From a virus (lineage: Duplodnaviria > Heunggongvirae > Uroviricota > Caudoviricetes), in IMG/VR virus record IMGVR_UViG_2534682222_000006, positions 1-21,128 of that record: a stretch of DNA of 21,128 bases. One strand, given 5' to 3'. Positions within the stretch are counted from its first letter, which is position 1. Each line of letters opens with the position of its first letter. Position numbers and translations under genes: made by a program. Under the pieces are notes generated by a model. That model searched no databases. It was not told the origin of the DNA and worked only from the letters and a program-made list of their open reading frames with translations. Below are positions 18,701 to 21,128 of the stretch, in pieces.

Positions 18701-19234
18701 TCGGCAACAAAAATCAACACTCTGACTGTTAAATCAGGCGAAAACAGTGCAGCGATAAACGTCAACGCACAGGCTATAGCAGATGTAAACGGTAACCTCA
18801 GCGCGATGTATAACATCAAGGTGGGGGTGTCCAGTAACGGGCAGTATTACGCTGCCGGGATGGGTATTGGGGTTCAAAATACACCCTCCGGCATGCAGTC
18901 ACAGGTAATCTTCCTGGCAGACCGTTTCGCCGTGACTACTATGGTCGGCGGGACTGTAACACTGCCGTTCGTTATCCAGAATGGCCAGGCCATTATCAGG
19001 GATACAGTCATTGGCGACGGGACCATAAGCAATGCAAAAATTGGCAATTACATCCAGTCGAACAATTATGTTGCCGGCTCTGTTGGCTGGAAACTGGATA
19101 AGTCCGGGACGTTTGAGAACTACGGTTCGACAGCTGGGGAGGGAGCCATGAAGCAGACCAACCAGACAATCAGCGTCAAGGATGGCAACAACGTTCTGAG
19201 AGTGCAGGTTGGCCGATTAACGGGGGTGTTCTGA
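15779..19234 (+). CDS. J: central tail fibre / host specificity protein gpJ
   Basis: 1151 aa (lambda J 1132 aa); N-terminal and central regions collinear with lambda J (e.g. YPNTAL. .V..DS.QF, DYCDQMVPDG.GG.EPR.TCN); C-terminal about 300 residues do not match what I recall of lambda J. Confidence 0.93.
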   Translation: MATDKVLKGRKGGSSSSRTPTEQPDDLQSVAKAKILVALGEGEFAGQLTGKDIYLDGTALENADGSQNFSGVTWEFRAGTQAQKYIQGIPGTENEISVGTEVSSATAWTRTFTNTQLSAVRLRLKWPSLFKQEDDGDLVGYSVNYAIDLQTDGGTWQTVLNTSVTGKTTSGYERSHRIDLPQAGSTWTIRLRKITSDANSAKIGDTMMLQSFTEVIDAKLRYPNTALLYVEFDSSQFNGSIPQISCEPRGRVIRVPDTYDPETRTYSGTWTGAFKWAWTDNPAWIFYDLVVSDRFGLGHRLTAANIDKWTLYQVAQYCDQMVPDGKGGNGTEPRYTCNVYIQDRNDAYTVLRDFAAIFRGMTYWGGDQIVALADMPRDVDYSYTRANVVGGRFTYSSSTTKSRYTTALVSWSDPGNAYADAMEPVFEQALVARYGFNQLEMTAIGCTRQSEANRKGRWGILTNNKDRVVSFDVGLDGNIPQPGYIIAVADELLSGKVMGGRISAVNGRVIKLDRVADAAPGDRLILNMPSGASQSRTIQAVNGESVTVTTAYSETPQAEAVWVVESDELYAQQYRVVSVSDNGDGTFSITGAWHDPDKYARIDTGAIIDQRPVSVIPPGNQSPPANIVISSFSVVQQNISVETMRVSWDQAQNAIAYEAQWRRNDGNWVNVPRTSTTSFDVPGIYAGRYLVRVRAINAAEISSGWGYSEEKTLTGKVGNPPKPVGFIASENVVFGIELNWGFPANTDDTLKTEIQYSLTGTEDDAMLLADVPYPQRKYQQMGLKAGQIFWYRAQLVDRSGNESGYTEWVRGQASIDVSDITDVILEEIKDSDTFKDLIENAVDSNEKIAGMADEIKNHADELEQQAKDILENADGLAQAEVKIDEISVSMDGMTGGVKNSAIAIIQNGLAQVVSRRSQTATNAGNSASIDRVDTTIADTSQAVARALVTLDAEAGGNISNSTDLTETLADFTQASATKINTLTVKSGENSAAINVNAQAIADVNGNLSAMYNIKVGVSSNGQYYAAGMGIGVQNTPSGMQSQVIFLADRFAVTTMVGGTVTLPFVIQNGQAIIRDTVIGDGTISNAKIGNYIQSNNYVAGSVGWKLDKSGTFENYGSTAGEGAMKQTNQTISVKDGNNVLRVQVGRLTGVF

Positions 19235-19235
19235 T

Positions 19236-19538
19236 ATGGCTTATGGAATACAGACCTGGGATGCTTCGGGAAACCCCAACAACTACGGAATCAAGCCCGT
19301 TTCCGTTGTTGGACGTATACAACTTGCCGCCGGACAAAACTCCGGCAGCTGGTCTTTCACGGTACCCTCAGGAATGAAGGTCGGTTTTGCGCTCTCACTT
19401 GATGAAGGAGGTAACAGCGTAGGGAGGAGCATTGTCGCGTCAGGGAACACAATAACCGTAACCGCAGCCTCTTCTGTGGGCCTGGGTAATTACCCGGCCT
19501 CTAAATGTGAGGTGGTCGTTTTCATGGAGAAAGCATAA
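19236..19538 (+). CDS. hypothetical protein, translationally coupled to J (possible tail-tip accessory protein)
   Basis: 100-aa ORF starting 1 nt after the J stop (TGATATG); GGGGGTG SD-like sequence upstream; same strand and tight packing imply co-expression with the tail genes; no lambda counterpart at this position (lambda has lom after J). Confidence 0.6.
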   Translation: MAYGIQTWDASGNPNNYGIKPVSVVGRIQLAAGQNSGSWSFTVPSGMKVGFALSLDEGGNSVGRSIVASGNTITVTAASSVGLGNYPASKCEVVVFMEKA

Positions 19539-20212
19539 TGGCCGAATTTGGCGCGATGATATTAATGGATAACGGGAATCCCTTTGTAACGCCACAATCA
19601 ACGCCTTTCTGTCTTTACGGGAAGTATACCTTCAATTCATCCGCGAATGGCAGTTCTCAGCAGGTTGCTCAAAATATCGCTTTAAACGCTGATTACCCAG
19701 TGATGGTTTTTATCAAAACCACCAATACAGCACAGCCCACTCCGGTTATGTCTTACAGGAACGGCGGTAATGTGTATGTTGCTGGTGTTAATCCCTACAA
19801 CCAAAGTTTCACTTTAACGGCGTACGTTTTTGCCATATTCCCGCAGATATTACCGAAATGGGGTTTGGCAATATGGGATGCGAGCGGAAAGCTTGTGTTA
19901 ACTAATGAGTCCCGTGTGCTATCAGACCTGCAGACGGTTGGCACGCCTGGTGCAAACGGCGGGATAAATATTGACCAGACGCTGAGCGGGTCATGGGCCG
20001 TTGCACCTGCTCAGTTGGGTCAGACCATCATTGTGAATAATTCAACCCAGCCTCCGACTATCTACACGATAAATGCTTATTCTTCATGCAGGTTTGACGG
20101 GGCCAATACGAGGATAAACGCAGGGGGGACCTCCACTGGGGCAGGTTCACCTGGAGGGGGAACGAATACTGGCATTTCATTAACCGCCATAAATACAGCG
20201 GCCTATGATTGA
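19538..20212 (+). CDS. hypothetical protein (Gly/Thr/Asn-rich), translationally coupled to the upstream ORF
   Basis: 224-aa ORF; start overlaps the upstream stop (TAATG); GGAG upstream; contains the motif WGLAIWDASGK, related to YGIQTWDASGN in the upstream ORF; Gly-rich C-terminus; visibly lower GC than J. Confidence 0.6.
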   Translation: MAEFGAMILMDNGNPFVTPQSTPFCLYGKYTFNSSANGSSQQVAQNIALNADYPVMVFIKTTNTAQPTPVMSYRNGGNVYVAGVNPYNQSFTLTAYVFAIFPQILPKWGLAIWDASGKLVLTNESRVLSDLQTVGTPGANGGINIDQTLSGSWAVAPAQLGQTIIVNNSTQPPTIYTINAYSSCRFDGANTRINAGGTSTGAGSPGGGTNTGISLTAINTAAYD

Positions 20213-20261
20213 TTGATCGTTTTTAGCGATCAATAACATAATATTGATCTATCCAATCAAT
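20208..20261. promoter_or_regulatory. cluster of ATTGAT/ATCAAT inverted repeats with three GATC sites (candidate operator or Dam-sensitive control region) upstream of the lipoprotein gene
   Basis: ATTGATCG (20212-20219) N7 CGATCAAT (20227-20234) perfect 8-bp inverted repeat; second ATTGAT (20243-20248) N7 ATCAAT (20256-20261); tandem ATTGATTGAT at 20208-20217; GATC at 20215, 20228 and 20246. Confidence 0.4.
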
Positions 20262-20323
20262 TATACCCACCAGAATTGTATTGGTATCGTCTAAGATACT
20301 GAATTCCTCTGGATACTATCAAA

Positions 20324-20557
20324 ATGAGAAAACTGATTATCTGCATGGCAGGCGCTGTCATGCTTACAGGATGCGCTGGCGTAATTGAGAAACAGGAACC
20401 AGTTTGCAGCGGCACTGCAATCGTTGGCGGTCAGGAAACTACGGTTCAGATTTACGGTGTGCGTAAACAAAACAACCAGACGCAGTACCGGGCTGGATAT
20501 CCTTTCAGCTGGCGCTGGGTAAGTGCGAATACATTTACCGAAACAACCTGCAAATAA
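20324..20557 (+). CDS. small lipoprotein, candidate Cor-like superinfection exclusion protein
   Basis: 77-aa ORF with lipoprotein signal peptide and lipobox (MRKLIICMAGAVMLTG|C); a small lipoprotein gene between J and the tail-fibre gene is where cor lies in phi80/N15/HK022-type phages (established knowledge, sequence identity not verifiable here); no clear SD, so the start is uncertain. Confidence 0.55.
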   Translation: MRKLIICMAGAVMLTGCAGVIEKQEPVCSGTAIVGGQETTVQIYGVRKQNNQTQYRAGYPFSWRWVSANTFTETTCK

Positions 20558-20578
20558 CCCACTACGCTTAAACATAAA

Positions 20579-20601
20579 CCTCGCTCCGGCGGGGTTTTTT
20601 T
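20579..20601 (+). terminator. intrinsic terminator downstream of the lipoprotein gene
   Basis: Stem CCTCGC (20579-20584) / GCGGGG (20589-20594) with one G-U pair, loop TCCG, T tract 20595-20601. Confidence 0.6.
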
Positions 20602-20617
20602 ATTGCCTGGAGAAAAT

Positions 20618-21128
20618 ATGCTTTATAACACCGGCACCATCGCCATTAATGGAAATACCGCCACCGGGACGGGTACAAACTGGACGGCACCGGCCAGCCA
20701 GGTCCGCGCTGGCCAGACGATCATCGTCATGTCTAACCCGGTGCAGATGTTCCAGATTTCATCTGTGAACAGCGCCACGTCAATGACGGTTACGCCTGCC
20801 GCTTCCCCGGCGCTGAGCGGCCAGAAATACGCCATTCTGGTGTCAGACATTATCTCCGTGGACGGACTGGCCCAGGCAATGTCGCAGCTCATCAAAGAGT
20901 ATGACGAGAACATTGGTGCGTGGGAGACGTTCGCCACAACCTCAGCCAACCAGAACATTACCGTTACGATCAATGGCACCAGTTTATCAATCCCGGCTCT
21001 TGGGAAATTACTGCAGAAGGGGAGCAACGGAGCTTTGCCGGTTAATCAAGGTGGTACCGGCGCAACGAATGCCGCAGACGCTCGCACAAACCTTGGTTTG
21101 GGAGAAGGTTCGGCATTACCCGTTGGGG
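20618..21128 (+). CDS. tail fibre protein, N-terminal part (truncated by window end)
   Basis: Open frame from ATG 20618 (GGAG at 20608-20611) to the window end with no stop (170 codons by my hand translation); not in the ORF track because it lacks a stop; Thr/Gly/Asn-rich sequence with a ...GGTGATNAADARTNLGLGEGSALPVG motif typical of phage tail fibre shafts. Confidence 0.6.
   Translation, partial: MLYNTGTIAINGNTATGTGTNWTAPASQVRAGQTIIVMSNPVQMFQISSVNSATSMTVTPAASPALSGQKYAILVSDIISVDGLAQAMSQLIKEYDENIGAWETFATTSANQNITVTINGTSLSIPALGKLLQKGSNGALPVNQGGTGATNAADARTNLGLGEGSALPVG

Noticed and set aside
20213-20234. ATTGATCG-N7-CGATCAAT hairpin as an intrinsic terminator for the post-J genes
   Set aside because: Stem is AT-rich and short, the T-run lies in the loop rather than 3' of the stem, and the downstream sequence is A-rich; more consistent with a protein-binding palindrome.
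20623-21027. 134-aa ORF on the minus strand
   Set aside because: Antisense to the open + strand tail-fibre frame, which has an SD and tail-fibre-like sequence; the minus ORF is a shadow ORF.
1-21128. CRISPR arrays, tRNA/rRNA genes, integrase/att site, IS elements
   Set aside because: No direct-repeat/spacer periodicity, no tRNA-like cloverleaf candidates, and no recombinase-like ORF were seen; the window is wholly within the morphogenesis operon.

Overview
This window is the near-complete late (virion morphogenesis) operon of a lambda-like siphovirus or prophage from an enterobacterial host, all on the + strand. It starts in the cosB packaging site and runs through terminase (Nu1, A), head genes (W, B, C/Nu3, D, E, FI, FII) and tail genes (Z, U, V, G/G-T, H, M, L, K, I, J). 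Gene order, sizes and protein sequences match phage lambda closely, from my recollection of the lambda proteins; no search was run. Three accessory insertions interrupt this backbone: (1) an AT-rich moron between K and I encoding a 74-aa single-pass membrane protein with its own terminator, which I think resembles the YebO / HK97 gp15 superinfection-exclusion family; (2) two translationally coupled genes of unknown function directly after J, sharing a repeated WDASG-type motif; (3) a small lipoprotein gene (Cor-like candidate) preceded by an array of ATTGAT/ATCAAT inverted repeats with three GATC sites and followed by its own terminator. The window ends inside a tail-fibre gene. The J C-terminus differs from what I recall of lambda J. 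No tRNA, rRNA, CRISPR, integrase or IS element was seen.
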